Shown in pieces: positions 39,138 to 49,683 of a DNA stretch of 55,415 bases. The translations under genes were made by a program, and so were the position numbers. The stretch is taken from the sequence record DRR723986_3079; one strand, 5' to 3'. Every line of letters begins with the position of its first letter. Position 1 is the first letter of the stretch. Below the pieces are notes generated by a model, which made no database searches, was not told the origin of the DNA, and worked only from the letters and a program-made list of their open reading frames with translations.

Positions 39138-40088
39138 CTATTTGGCATCAAGAGCTGAAAGTTGGTCCCTCAAAGCGAACACGGCATGGTCGAAAAACAT
39201 GCCCGGCGCAAGCGCAAGAGCACGCAGAGACGACGTTACCACACAGAGTCGGTCGGCCTGAAGCGGCGTATCTGACAAAGGTTTGAAGATCAGGAAACCG
39301 TTGGCAAGGTCGTCTTCGCAACCGATCATCGTCTGAAAGCCAATTACCTGTTCCTCCCTGGCAAGGGCTCGCATCAGCCTGAGCGAATTGGCTTCCACAT
39401 AAGTGCGCGAAGCGCCGGGTATCCGGCTTCGGACGATGTCCAGGCGGGTGCGCAGTGACAGTCCTTCTGCGGGCAGCGCCACCGGATATTTCAGGCAGTC
39501 TTGCAGTCCAAGTGTTTTCGCTCCGGCCAACGGATGATCCGGACGCATGAGTGCTCCGATCACGAGATCATGGTGAAAGGCGGTTGTGAGTGCCGAGGTC
39601 TCCGGCGGGTCGAAAGTGAAGCCGACATCCGCTTCAGCCGCCTCCACCTTTCGGGCAGCTTCTCTGGATGAGGAAATCGAGACATTCACGTGAATGCCGG
39701 GATAGCTCTTGCGAAACGTGCTGATGACCGCCGGGAGGAGCTTTTCGGCAACGCTTTCGACGCTTGCAATCGAAACCGTACCGCGTCGCAGTCCCTTCAA
39801 GGCGTCGAGTTCGGCAACCGTACCTTCGAAATCGGAATAGGTGCGCCGGATATGTGCCAGCAGCAACTCTCCGGCTTGCGACAGACGCAGGCGCCGGCCG
39901 ACACGGTCAAACAACTGCAGTCCGAGCGCCTCTTCCAGCCAGAGAACCTGCCGGTTTATGGCAGATGACGCCACGTTGAGCTCCCGGGACGCGGCGCGGA
40001 TCGAGCCGGCCTCGGCGACGGCCAGAAAATAGCGCATCGCCGGGCTGTAAAGATTTCGAGAAAGATCCTGTGCTCGTCCGGACCGCAT
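39138..40088 (-). CDS. LysR-family regulator
   Basis: YFLAVAEAGSIRAASRELNVASSAINRQVLWLEEALGLQLFDR. Confidence 0.93.
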   Translation of the reverse strand: MRSGRAQDLSRNLYSPAMRYFLAVAEAGSIRAASRELNVASSAINRQVLWLEEALGLQLFDRVGRRLRLSQAGELLLAHIRRTYSDFEGTVAELDALKGLRRGTVSIASVESVAEKLLPAVISTFRKSYPGIHVNVSISSSREAARKVEAAEADVGFTFDPPETSALTTAFHHDLVIGALMRPDHPLAGAKTLGLQDCLKYPVALPAEGLSLRTRLDIVRSRIPGASRTYVEANSLRLMRALAREEQVIGFQTMIGCEDDLANGFLIFKPLSDTPLQADRLCVVTSSLRALALAPGMFFDHAVFALRDQLSALDAK

Positions 40089-40101
40089 GAAATTCCTGCT
40101 C

Positions 40102-41079
40102 TTAGGGGATCAGGACCGTGGTGCCGGTGGTCTTTCGGCCTTCAAGGTCCTGATGCGCCTGGACGGCATCGGCAAGCCTGTATTCCTGGTTGACGCCGAT
40201 CTTGACGATGCCTTTCTGGACGACATCGAACAATTCGCCCGCGGTCGCTTCCAGCGCTTCGCGGCTGGCGATGTAGCTGAACAGCGTCGGCCGGGTTGCG
40301 AACAGAGAGCCTTTCTGGGCGAGGAGCGCCAGGTTGAAGTCGGCAATCGGCCCGGAGGACTGACCGAAAGTGACCCAAAGACCCCTAGGTTTCAGGCAGT
40401 CGAGCGAACCGGGATAGGTGTCTTTGCCGACACTGTCATAAACAACATCGCAGCCCTTGCCGCCGGTAATATCCTTTACCCTGTCGACAAAGTTTTCAGT
40501 CCGGTAGTTGATCACGTGCTGGTAGCCGTGTGCCTTTGCAAGTTCGACCTTTGCTTCCGAACCGGCAGTGCCAATGACAGTGGCGCCGAGATGTGCCGCC
40601 CATTGACCGGCAATCAGGCCGACGCCTCCGGCAGCAGCGTGAAACAGCAGTGTCGTGTCCGGGCCAACGGAAAAGGTCTGGCGCAGAAGATACTGTGCCG
40701 TCATGCCCTTCAGCATCATGCCGGCAGCAGTCTTGTCATCAATTCCGTCTGGCAGGACGACAAGACGGTCAGCGGGTACAATTCTTTCCTGCGCGTAGGC
40801 ACCGAGCGGGCCAACATAGGCAACACGGTCGCCGGGGCTGAGATGTGTCACACCCTCACCGACCGTCTGCACGACCCCTGCCCCCTCGTTGCCGGGGCTG
40901 AACGGCACGCCGGCAGGCGCTGGATAGAGGCCCGAGCGGAAATAGGTATCGATGAAATTGAGGCCAACTGCTGTGTGGCGGATGCGCGCCTCACCTGGGC
41001 CGGGCTCACCGACTTCGATATGTTCCCAGCGCATGACATCCGGTCCACCGGTTTCGTGTACGCAGATTGCTTGAACCAT
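40102..41079 (-). CDS. qor: NADPH:quinone oxidoreductase
   Basis: GLNFIDTYFRSGLY, HAAAGGVG, VVYDSVGKDT, KGSLFATRPTL. Confidence 0.92.
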   Translation of the reverse strand: MVQAICVHETGGPDVMRWEHIEVGEPGPGEARIRHTAVGLNFIDTYFRSGLYPAPAGVPFSPGNEGAGVVQTVGEGVTHLSPGDRVAYVGPLGAYAQERIVPADRLVVLPDGIDDKTAAGMMLKGMTAQYLLRQTFSVGPDTTLLFHAAAGGVGLIAGQWAAHLGATVIGTAGSEAKVELAKAHGYQHVINYRTENFVDRVKDITGGKGCDVVYDSVGKDTYPGSLDCLKPRGLWVTFGQSSGPIADFNLALLAQKGSLFATRPTLFSYIASREALEATAGELFDVVQKGIVKIGVNQEYRLADAVQAHQDLEGRKTTGTTVLIP

Positions 41080-41309
41080 GACTTTATCCCCGGGGTGATG
41101 GGCCGAGACCGATTTGGTCTTGCGGCAATTGAAGTTGGCAAGACCATAAATGATTTCAACGCCATCGGAAAAGGTCATTCCGAAGCATAAATGGCATCAG
41201 GCGTTCGTGACGCTTCCTGCCGGTCAGCGCTTCAAGAGAAAGCGCGGCACAACACCGGCGCCTTGGTTCGCGCCAGTGCCAAAACTGGATTTTGAATGTA
41301 GGTAAAAGG

Positions 41310-42026
41310 TCAGTCGACCCTGTCGAGCAATTGCTGAACAGCAGAGACCAGCAGCAGATAGAAGCTGGCTGCCGTGAATGCCCAAGCGAGCGGGCCGTTC
41401 AAAACCATACCGTCCAGAATTGCGTAGGCGGCCAATCCCATCCAGAGCAATGTCACCGGCAAGGTAATCATGCGCCAGCGACGCACGCGGACAGGATGGA
41501 CAAAGCGGACAGGAGCGAACGTCAGTGCGCAGCACAAGAGCACGAACATGATCGTGAAGCTTTGCGATGGCGACAGAACCATGAGGCCGAAAACGACCAT
41601 GTTCCATCCAGCGGGAAAACCCTTGAAGGAGCCATCGGGTGTCTTCATGCCGTTGTCGGCAAAATAAAGAGCGCCGGTAAAGACCACGAGCCCGCCACAA
41701 ATCCAGTTCCAAGGGCTTGTCAGCATCAAGCTCCAGGAAAGCGCGAAAGCGGGAAGAAACACGTAAGTGGCGTAGTCGATCACGAAATCCAGCGAGGCAC
41801 CGGACCAGCGAGGCAGACGCTCTGCAATCTTGTAACGGCGCGCCAGCGGGCCATCGATGCCATCGATGAAAAATGCCAGTCCAAGCCAGGCGAACATCTC
41901 CGCCCAGTTTTCACGCGCACCTGCCAAGAGGGCAATAAGAGCGATCGGAGCACCGGAAGCCGTCAGGATATGGATCAGGAACAGAGCGGGCTCAGTCCTC
42001 TCTTTACCTGGTGTAATATCCGCCAC
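41310..42026 (-). CDS. pcs: Phosphatidylcholine synthase
   Basis: HILTASGA, DGIDGPLAR, LDFVIDYATYV, FKGFPAGWN, FVHPVRV. Confidence 0.9.
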   Translation of the reverse strand: MADITPGKERTEPALFLIHILTASGAPIALIALLAGARENWAEMFAWLGLAFFIDGIDGPLARRYKIAERLPRWSGASLDFVIDYATYVFLPAFALSWSLMLTSPWNWICGGLVVFTGALYFADNGMKTPDGSFKGFPAGWNMVVFGLMVLSPSQSFTIMFVLLCCALTFAPVRFVHPVRVRRWRMITLPVTLLWMGLAAYAILDGMVLNGPLAWAFTAASFYLLLVSAVQQLLDRVD

Positions 42027-42206
42027 GGGGTTCCCTCACTTTATGATCTGAACGCAGTAAACTGGTGCATTTGCGTTCTGAGATGTGTGCGGTTCACGAT
42101 TGACCCGCTGGCCCATGGATCACACACTGACGCTGATACGGTCCTTTATTGCAATCGTATGACAGTGTGAACCTAAAAAACAGTCCCCGCACCAATAGCA
42201 GTGAAT

Positions 42207-43142
42207 TTAGGTTGCCGCATTTCCCAAAAGGATGAGGGAAACGAGGATACCTGCCCAGACCAGCAGAACAGCCCCGATGGCAGGTGGCAGAATGCGGCTC
42301 GGGAACGTTTTTTCAATGGCCATCAACGCGCCGAGTAGAGCGATCCAGACGATGTTCATCAGGCCGACCGCGAACATGACAGTCATTACCGCCCAGCAGC
42401 AGCCAAGGCACACCCAGCCCTGCACCAGCCCTTCCCGCAAGCCAGACATCGCACCCGGCCCAGCATCGTCACTGGCAAACACCCAGCGCGGATACCAGCA
42501 GCGCCGGAGACAGGCCTTCTTGGAGGGGGTGAACTGATATAAACCAGCGGCGAAGAGGACCGACGTCGTCAGAGCCATGCTTGCAGGTGCCATCATATCC
42601 GTCATGGCGCCTGCCCTGGACAAAGCCCATTGCGCCGCGGTTGCTGCGACTGCGTAGCCAAGCCAGACCGCCAGATAGCCGAACATTGCGGTGACAACGA
42701 GAAGTACCGGCGTTGCCGTGCCGCCGGACTGTGCCGAAAGCTCGGTGTAATAGGCCCGAAGCATCGGCACGGCCGTAGGCAACATCATGGCAAGGGCCAT
42801 CATTGCCCACATCAGGAAGATCTTCACAAGATCAACTGTCGTCATGTCCGCACCAGGCATGCCGAATGTTGCGCTGGTCGGCAGGCAAAGAACCGCAAGT
42901 GCGGCCCGTGCTTCCGCAGGCAAACCTGCGAACTGGTTGAAACTGTTGAGAATCACCATGCCGGGTCCGGCTTCGCTCATATCCATGACCGGCACCATGT
43001 CGGCTACCATTGCAATCAGGTATGCCCAGCCGGCGGCGGCCAATATCGAGACCAGCACAAGCACTAGCGGCCAGCCACGCATGTTTTGTTCCGGCTTGGT
43101 GGAACCGGCCTGATTGGAAGATGTGCGCGTCAAACTCGTCAT
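42207..43142 (-). CDS. DUF2182 putative metal-binding membrane protein
   Basis: MWAMMALAMMLP, YQFTPSKKACL, CLGCCWAVM, EK. Confidence 0.85.
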   Translation of the reverse strand: MTSLTRTSSNQAGSTKPEQNMRGWPLVLVLVSILAAAGWAYLIAMVADMVPVMDMSEAGPGMVILNSFNQFAGLPAEARAALAVLCLPTSATFGMPGADMTTVDLVKIFLMWAMMALAMMLPTAVPMLRAYYTELSAQSGGTATPVLLVVTAMFGYLAVWLGYAVAATAAQWALSRAGAMTDMMAPASMALTTSVLFAAGLYQFTPSKKACLRRCWYPRWVFASDDAGPGAMSGLREGLVQGWVCLGCCWAVMTVMFAVGLMNIVWIALLGALMAIEKTFPSRILPPAIGAVLLVWAGILVSLILLGNAAT

Positions 43143-43320
43143 TTCGGCCTTGAGGTGGCGTGTGTGTCCGGGGTCTTGAGACGTCTTAGCGGATTAGTCG
43201 ATGCAGGCATTTGATCTTACTCATGGTCGACCTTGAAAGCCCTGCGTGTATTCGTCCCGTTGATTTTGAGCCCGTAAACAGCAATTTAGATCTCAAGATC
43301 AAATCAGATGGAATTTTACC

Positions 43321-44523
43321 ATGTCCAGCAGCCACGCGCCGGAACAGTTTGACATTGCAATCGTCGGCGGAGGGCCATCCGGGCGAATTGCAGCTCTTGC
43401 TCTGGCCCAGCAGGGACTGTCCTGTGTCCTGATTGCCCCCTCAATGGAAATCAAGGATGGCCGGACAACCGCGCTGTGGCAGCGTTCAATCGATCTGTTG
43501 CGCGATATTGGCGTCTGGTCGGACATAGAAGGCAACGCCGCATCCTTGAAGAAGATGCGCATGATCGACAGCACGGGGCGGCTTTTTCGTGCACCTGAAG
43601 TGGTCTTCGACAGTTCTGAGCTTGGCCTTGAAGATTTTGGTTTCAATATCTTGAACAGTGAACTTAACGCGGTACTTGAAAAATTCTGTGCTGCGCAATC
43701 CGGACTGGAGGAGATTTCGGACACTGTCGAGAGTGCCGAATTCGGAGACGATCACGCTACCCTCGTCACCAATGGGAGGCGGACGATTTCAGCCAAATTG
43801 GCCGTAGCTGCAGATGGCCGCCGGTCGACACTGCGTGAAGCGGCTGAGATCGAAGTCAAAAGCTGGTCGTATCCGCAGGTGGCTGTTGTTTTGAACCTTG
43901 AGCACCGGCTTCCACACCAGCAGGTCTCGACCGAATTCCATACTGCGACTGGTCCGTTCACATTGGTACCGCTCCCCGGCAGACAGTCATCACTTGTTTG
44001 CGTGGAAACTGCGGACGGTGCTGCAGATCTGTTGGCGATGACGGACGAGGACCTGGAAGCGGACCTCGAACGGCGGGCACATTCGATTCTGGGTCGGTTC
44101 AAACTGTCTACGAAACCACAAAGTTTTCCGCTTTCAGGACTGACTGCCACTTCCCTGGTTGGGCCGCGTCTGGCGCTTGTGGGCGAGACCGCACATGTCT
44201 TTCCGCCCATCGGCGCGCAGGGTCTGAACCTGTCGTTACGTGATATCCGGGACCTCACCTCCGTCGTGGCATCGGCCAAGCGCGCGCATGCGGACTTTGG
44301 TGGCAAGACCGTTTTGAGTGCTTATGAGAAGAAACGGTTCAGCGATATCCGGACACGGACAAACGCGGTGGACATGCTGAACAGATCACTGCTGACAGGC
44401 TTTCTGCCGGTCCAGGCTGCGCGAAGCGCGGGCATGTATCTGGCTGGCAAGGTTGGTCCGCTGCGGCGCTTGCTCATGCGGGAGGGCATTGCACCGGGAA
44501 CCGCCTTTCAACTGCATCGATAG
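43321..44523 (+). CDS. UbiH/UbiF/UbiL-family flavin hydroxylase
   Basis: IVGGGPSG, AADGRRS, LVGETAHVFPPIGAQGLNL. Confidence 0.9.
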   Translation: MSSSHAPEQFDIAIVGGGPSGRIAALALAQQGLSCVLIAPSMEIKDGRTTALWQRSIDLLRDIGVWSDIEGNAASLKKMRMIDSTGRLFRAPEVVFDSSELGLEDFGFNILNSELNAVLEKFCAAQSGLEEISDTVESAEFGDDHATLVTNGRRTISAKLAVAADGRRSTLREAAEIEVKSWSYPQVAVVLNLEHRLPHQQVSTEFHTATGPFTLVPLPGRQSSLVCVETADGAADLLAMTDEDLEADLERRAHSILGRFKLSTKPQSFPLSGLTATSLVGPRLALVGETAHVFPPIGAQGLNLSLRDIRDLTSVVASAKRAHADFGGKTVLSAYEKKRFSDIRTRTNAVDMLNRSLLTGFLPVQAARSAGMYLAGKVGPLRRLLMREGIAPGTAFQLHR

Positions 44524-44543
44524 ACGGTTTTCGGGTGCTGCAT

Positions 44544-44969
44544 TCAAACCTGTGACCGTGCTGCTGATCGCTTGGCGCTGTGATACGTCAGCGCCATGCC
44601 GATCATCTGACGGAGCGCATCCTCTGGTAACGGCTGGCCTTGACTGAAGTGAACGCTTCTATCGCCGCCGAAGACGAGGTCCGGGAACATTGTGCGCCAG
44701 TCAGACACCAGTGAAGATTGACAACTGACATAGAGAGCAACGTCCCCTGCCCCGGAATTGTCCCGGTCTATCCGGATTGTCGTTCCGGTTTTCGGGCGCT
44801 TCGTCAGATAGCTGGCCTGACCCCATTTCATGGTTTCTTCCAGTTCTCCGATATCGTCGCGCTGCGTCGCTGTCTCGTTGATCAATGACCTGATGGTCAG
44901 CAGTCTTTCGCGGATATCCGCCGGATATCTTTCGAATATCGCAAGGACTTCCGGATTGTCTTTCACCAC
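44544..44969 (-). CDS. DUF1801-domain protein
   Basis: LEETMKWGQASY, GTTIRID, ALTYH. Confidence 0.8.
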   Translation of the reverse strand: MVKDNPEVLAIFERYPADIRERLLTIRSLINETATQRDDIGELEETMKWGQASYLTKRPKTGTTIRIDRDNSGAGDVALYVSCQSSLVSDWRTMFPDLVFGGDRSVHFSQGQPLPEDALRQMIGMALTYHSAKRSAARSQV

Positions 44970-45008
44970 AAGTCCTCCTGTTGCGACCGGGATGCCTGGT
45001 TTGATTTT

Positions 45009-45965
45009 CTAGCCACCGGTTGGAAGGAAACCGCTCGTCAATGCCCAGATGAAACCGGTAACGGTGACGATCGACAAGGCCGTGCCTATCAGTACGAAGC
45101 TCGACGCCCGCTGGACATACGTCCCATATTGCTGCGCGATAACAAAGACGTTTGTCGCCGGCGGCAGGCAGGACATCAGAACCGCGGTTGCGATCCAGTT
45201 GGGATCGAAGCCGCCAAGCCAGGTCAGGAGCAGAAAAATCAGGATCGGGTGCAGCAGCAACTTCACACCCAGCACCAGCGGCAGTTCCAGCGGTATCCGA
45301 CCGATCGGACGAAGTGCAATGCTGACACCCATGGCAAAGAGGGCGCAAGGCGCTGCAGCATTGCTGAGATAGCGCAGAAGCGTATCTATCGCTTGAGGTG
45401 GCTTGACCTCCAGCGCGGCGGCGAAGACACCGGCAATCGTTGCCACGATGAAGGGATGGGTGAAGATCCTGACCACGATCTTCTTCAATGTCCCAAGGAT
45501 CGATTCTTCTTCGGTACCGGCCAATGCCATCATCAACGGTGCCAGTATGAACATCAGCGCATTGTCAAAGGCCAGGATGAGCGCAGTCGGTACGGTTGCC
45601 TGCTCACCCAGAACAGCCAGCGTCAGCCCCGGCCCCATGTAACCGATGTTGGAATAGGCCCCGGCAATGCCCAGGATCGTGGATTCGCCAATGTTGCCGC
45701 GTGTTGCGACCACACCTATGCAGAAGGAGATCGCGAACACGATGTAGGTCGTGAAGGTCGTGGCGGTAATGTAGGACGCGTTTGCGAGCTCTTCGATCGG
45801 TGTCTCAGACAACAGACGGAAGAAGAGCGCCGGAAGGGCCAGGTAGATCACGAAGAAGTTCATCCAGCTCAGACCTGCCTCGGGCAGGTTCTTGATCTTG
45901 CCGGCACCGAAGCCGAGAAGGATCAGTCCGAAAAACGGAAGAGCCAGTGAAATGACGTTCTGCAT
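45009..45965 (-). CDS. AEC-family transporter
   Basis: YLALPALFF, SNIGYMG, PCALFAMG, LPPATNVFVIAQQY. Confidence 0.88.
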   Translation of the reverse strand: MQNVISLALPFFGLILLGFGAGKIKNLPEAGLSWMNFFVIYLALPALFFRLLSETPIEELANASYITATTFTTYIVFAISFCIGVVATRGNIGESTILGIAGAYSNIGYMGPGLTLAVLGEQATVPTALILAFDNALMFILAPLMMALAGTEEESILGTLKKIVVRIFTHPFIVATIAGVFAAALEVKPPQAIDTLLRYLSNAAAPCALFAMGVSIALRPIGRIPLELPLVLGVKLLLHPILIFLLLTWLGGFDPNWIATAVLMSCLPPATNVFVIAQQYGTYVQRASSFVLIGTALSIVTVTGFIWALTSGFLPTGG

Positions 45966-46190
45966 TCAAATACCAAAGATGAAGACGACGCGCTGTATCG
46001 CGGTTGGTTGGGTTTGAAGGCGCTTGCATCTTGCGCCTGGCTTGGATATGGACGCGTGACTTGGAGGTCACCTCGGTGATCCGCATTCCAATCAGGTCTG
46101 AGGGCGCATCGCAAGGCCCCAATCAGTCGGACAAGGTCGGAAGTGCCCTCTTTTCAGGACGGGCGGACAACATGAAAGCATTCGGTCGTA

Positions 46191-47156
46191 ATGTCCCGCA
46201 AAAAAAAGCAGCGTAAACACCCGAAGCTCACAGCTGTGCAAAACCGGGTGGAGGGCTTTGCGCTGACGGTAGCCATCTGGCTGTTCCGCCTGATCCCCGT
46301 GGACGTTGCCTCCTATGTCATGGGCGCCTTCTGGCGTCGGCTGGCACCGTTCAATCCCAGACACAAGCGTGCTCTGCGCCACTTGAAGAAGGCCTTTCCG
46401 GGCATGCGGCGCGCGGAACGAGAACTGATTGTGCGTGGAATGTGGGAGAACCTCGGCCGCGTGGCAGCCGAAACTTTCCACATCGACCGACTTCTGAAAC
46501 AGGACTACCGGTTTGAAGCAGTTGCGGATGAAATCACCGAACAGGTTCTGAACGGCGAGCGTGCCTGTTTGTTCGTTTCATTCCACAGCGCAAACTGGGA
46601 ATTGTGTGTTCAGCCCGCCGTCCGGCGCGGTATCGAGATAACAGGCGTCTATCAGGCTCTGCGCAATCCGGAGGCAGACAAAGCCCTGCAGGCGCTGAGG
46701 AAAGACCTCTACAAAGGCGGTCTTTTGTCGAAAAGCCACCAGACCGCTCGCAAGATCCTGGCGACCCTGAAAAGCGGCGGTATCGTCGCGATGATGGGAG
46801 ATCTCAGGGAAACGCGCGGTGTGCAAGTGCCCTTTTTCGACCAGATGGCTTACGCCACGCCGGTCCCGGCTTCGCTCGCCCGGTCCTGCAACGTGCCGAT
46901 TGTTCTCGGCCGGGTCGTGCGCAAGAAAGGTGTGCATTTCCGGATTGAGGCCCAGGCCGTCGAAGTGCCTGTAACGGATGACAGGCAGGCGGACATCGAG
47001 GTCGCAACCGCCAGGATCCACGCAATTTTCGAAAGCTGGATCCGCGAACACCCCGAACAATGGATGTGGATCCACAAGAAGTGGGCGCCTCCAGGTAAAA
47101 CGTCTGCCCAGAAACAAGCCCGGCGCGCAGCAGCGGCTCGCTTGGAAGACGAATAA
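46191..47156 (+). CDS. Lipid A late acyltransferase (LpxL/HtrB family)
   Basis: HSANWEL, VPFF, WIREHPEQWMWIHKKW. Confidence 0.88.
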   Translation: MSRKKKQRKHPKLTAVQNRVEGFALTVAIWLFRLIPVDVASYVMGAFWRRLAPFNPRHKRALRHLKKAFPGMRRAERELIVRGMWENLGRVAAETFHIDRLLKQDYRFEAVADEITEQVLNGERACLFVSFHSANWELCVQPAVRRGIEITGVYQALRNPEADKALQALRKDLYKGGLLSKSHQTARKILATLKSGGIVAMMGDLRETRGVQVPFFDQMAYATPVPASLARSCNVPIVLGRVVRKKGVHFRIEAQAVEVPVTDDRQADIEVATARIHAIFESWIREHPEQWMWIHKKWAPPGKTSAQKQARRAAAARLEDE

Positions 47157-47238
47157 GCCTGTTCTCCTTTCGGGGTATGGTTGCAGCGCAGCATTGACGT
47201 TATAGCTATTCCTCAAACTGGTGGAGGACAGCTGTTTC

Positions 47239-48279
47239 ATGAAAACCCCAAGCGCATTCTACAAGCCGCTCGCAATCGGCGCGCCGGACCCTTATCGCGA
47301 GCTTCCCGTCTCGCTGGAGCGCATGATCCATTTCGTCCCTCCGCATATTGAAAAGATGCGGTCCAAGGTGCCGGATCTGATCAAGAACGTCGATGTCGTA
47401 CTCGGCAACCTTGAAGATGCAATTCCCGCCGATGCCAAGACCGATGCCCGCAGGGGCTTCATTCAGATGGCGCAGGACAATGACTTCGGAACCACTGGCC
47501 TGTGGACCAGGGTAAATTGCCTCAACAGTCCCTGGTTTCTCGACGACCTTCTTGAGATTGTTCCTGCGGTTGGAGAAAAACTCGACGTGATGATGCTTCC
47601 CAAGGTGGAAGGCGCCTGGGACATTCATTACCTCGATCAATTGCTTGCGCAGCTTGAAGCCAAGGCTGGTCTTTCCAAGCCGATCATGATCCACGCCATT
47701 CTGGAAACGGCCGAAGGCGTCAAGAACGTCGAAGAGATTGCTGCGGCCAGTCCGCGGATGCATGGCATGAGCCTGGGACCGGCAGACCTTGCGGCTTCCC
47801 GCGGAATGAAAACAACACGTGTGGGCGGCGGCCATCCCGACTATGCGGTTCTTTCAGATGCTGACGGCACAGGTGGCAGAACCGCATATCAGCAGGATCT
47901 CTGGCATTACACGGTCGGAAAGATGGTCGATGCCTGCCTGTCTTACGGCCTGAAGCCCTTCTACGGCCCCTTTGGTGATTTTTCCGACGCGGCGGCCTGC
48001 GAAAGCCAGTTCCGCAATGCATTCCTGATGGGCTGCCTTGGCGCGTGGTCCCTGCATCCGACGCAAATCCAGATCGCGAAGAAGGTTTTCTCTCCGGATC
48101 CGGGCGAAGTCGCCTTTGCCCGCAAGATCCTTGAAGCGATGCCGGACGGAACCGGTGCCGTGATGATCGACGGCAAAATGCAGGATGACGCCACCTGGAA
48201 GCAGGCAAAGGTGATCGTCGACCTTGCAAAACTGGTTGCATCCAAGGACGCGGAACTCGCGGAGGTCTACGGCCTTTAG
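47239..48279 (+). CDS. mcl: Malyl-CoA/beta-methylmalyl-CoA lyase (CitE superfamily, Chloroflexus Mcl-like)
   Basis: [50 protein letters not shown], recalled as very similar to C. aurantiacus Mcl. Confidence 0.8.
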   Translation: MKTPSAFYKPLAIGAPDPYRELPVSLERMIHFVPPHIEKMRSKVPDLIKNVDVVLGNLEDAIPADAKTDARRGFIQMAQDNDFGTTGLWTRVNCLNSPWFLDDLLEIVPAVGEKLDVMMLPKVEGAWDIHYLDQLLAQLEAKAGLSKPIMIHAILETAEGVKNVEEIAAASPRMHGMSLGPADLAASRGMKTTRVGGGHPDYAVLSDADGTGGRTAYQQDLWHYTVGKMVDACLSYGLKPFYGPFGDFSDAAACESQFRNAFLMGCLGAWSLHPTQIQIAKKVFSPDPGEVAFARKILEAMPDGTGAVMIDGKMQDDATWKQAKVIVDLAKLVASKDAELAEVYGL

Positions 48280-48381
48280 ACTTTCGCAAGGCTCGTCGTC
48301 TAAGGTTTAATGTTACAATGCTTGCACGCCGGCTGCCGACACGGTATCCCGGCAGTGCATGCAGTATGCGGACGAGTAACC

Positions 48382-48705
48382 ATGCGAACGGCAAAATTCA
48401 GAATTGGCCAGGTCGTCCGGCACCGGATCTACCCCTTCCGTGGCGTTATTTTCGATGTCGATCCGACCTTCAGCAATACGGAAGAATGGTGGAACGCCAT
48501 TCCGGAGGACGTGCGTCCTTTGCGCGACCAGCCGTTCTATCATCTCCTCGCCGAGAACGAGGAAACCGAATATGTGGCCTATGTCAGCGAACAGAACCTG
48601 GAAGCGGATATGACCGGTGAACCGGTGCGCCATCCGCAGGTTGAAGAGATTTTCGAGGAACAGACGGACGGCTCTTATCTGCCACGCAGCGTAGAAATCC
48701 ACTAA
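48382..48705 (+). CDS. hspQ: Heat shock protein HspQ
   Basis: KFRIGQVVRHR...RGVIFDVDP...QPFYHLLAEN...YVSEQNL. Confidence 0.93.
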   Translation: MRTAKFRIGQVVRHRIYPFRGVIFDVDPTFSNTEEWWNAIPEDVRPLRDQPFYHLLAENEETEYVAYVSEQNLEADMTGEPVRHPQVEEIFEEQTDGSYLPRSVEIH

Positions 48706-48748
48706 TCGTCCCAACTCCCGGCGATTTTCAGTCTTGATCTTCAAATAC

Positions 48749-48785
48749 AAAAAAGGCCGGAACTTCTACAGTTCCGGCCTTCTTC
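48749..48785. terminator. Bidirectional terminator between hspQ and ialB
   Basis: AAAAAAGGCCGGAAC-ttctaca-GTTCCGGCCTTCTTC. Confidence 0.8.
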
Positions 48786-48806
48786 AATTCTGGCAAGAGC
48801 AGCCTG

Positions 48807-49418
48807 TTACTGGCTTTGCTTCTGAGCGTCGATCAGCTTCTGACGCGCTTCGTCAGCGCGCTTCTGCAATTCGCTCTGCAGTTCTTCCTGACGCTTTTGC
48901 AGCTCGGCAATGTTCATCGGCTCGCCGTCGTAAACCTTGGTGAAGCCGATCAGGGTCATCTTGAAGACGATTTCCTTGGCTTGTTGGTTATACGGAGCCA
49001 CAATCACCTCACCGCCCTGCTTCATGGTGTTGATGAACGAGTCATCAATCGCCAGTTCAGCGTAGCAGGCATTGGGTGCGCAGATGCTGTACTTGCCCTG
49101 TACGGGCTTGCCATCATCGATCTGAATGCGCACACCCGGCTGGATCAGAACGCCAGTCGGTACAGCGACCAGCAGTTTCTTGCGGGCTTCGCCCTCAGTT
49201 TCCTGAATAGCAATGTTACTCAGGAACTGTCCGGTATTTGTGCGCAATTCAATCGAAATAAAGCAGATTTCCTTCTGCGTGTTCGGATTGGTGTTACACG
49301 CTTTCGTCCATGGGCTTTTTTCTTCCTGGGCGATTGCGGGTGCACCTGCAAAAGAAGATAGGGCTACGAACGCACCTACTGCACATCCGAACAATCCTCT
49401 TTTCAAAACACTCGTCAT
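48807..49418 (-). CDS. ialB: Invasion-associated locus B family protein
   Basis: Signal peptide; W.K.C...C, VPTGVLIQPG, C.PNACYAE, LIGFTKVYDG. Confidence 0.82.
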   Translation of the reverse strand: MTSVLKRGLFGCAVGAFVALSSFAGAPAIAQEEKSPWTKACNTNPNTQKEICFISIELRTNTGQFLSNIAIQETEGEARKKLLVAVPTGVLIQPGVRIQIDDGKPVQGKYSICAPNACYAELAIDDSFINTMKQGGEVIVAPYNQQAKEIVFKMTLIGFTKVYDGEPMNIAELQKRQEELQSELQKRADEARQKLIDAQKQSQ

Positions 49419-49683
49419 CGATACGTCCTCAATCGTGCGTGTACGAAACTTTCGCGTTGTTCTGAGCCATTCCGGAACCAACCGCAAGGCCCGTAACGAC
49501 ATTCAAACAGTGAAACCATGGTAAGACACTTAATTTGGGCGAGAGGGTGGCCGATTTGCAACGCACCCCTGTTGGCGAATTGAAACCTGAATATCTTGCG
49601 GTTTGTTGCTTGTCCCGGGCGCGTCCGTGGGAACCCTGTGCTACTGTAATCGCTGAGAATCAACAGAATCTCCGGCGGTGGTG

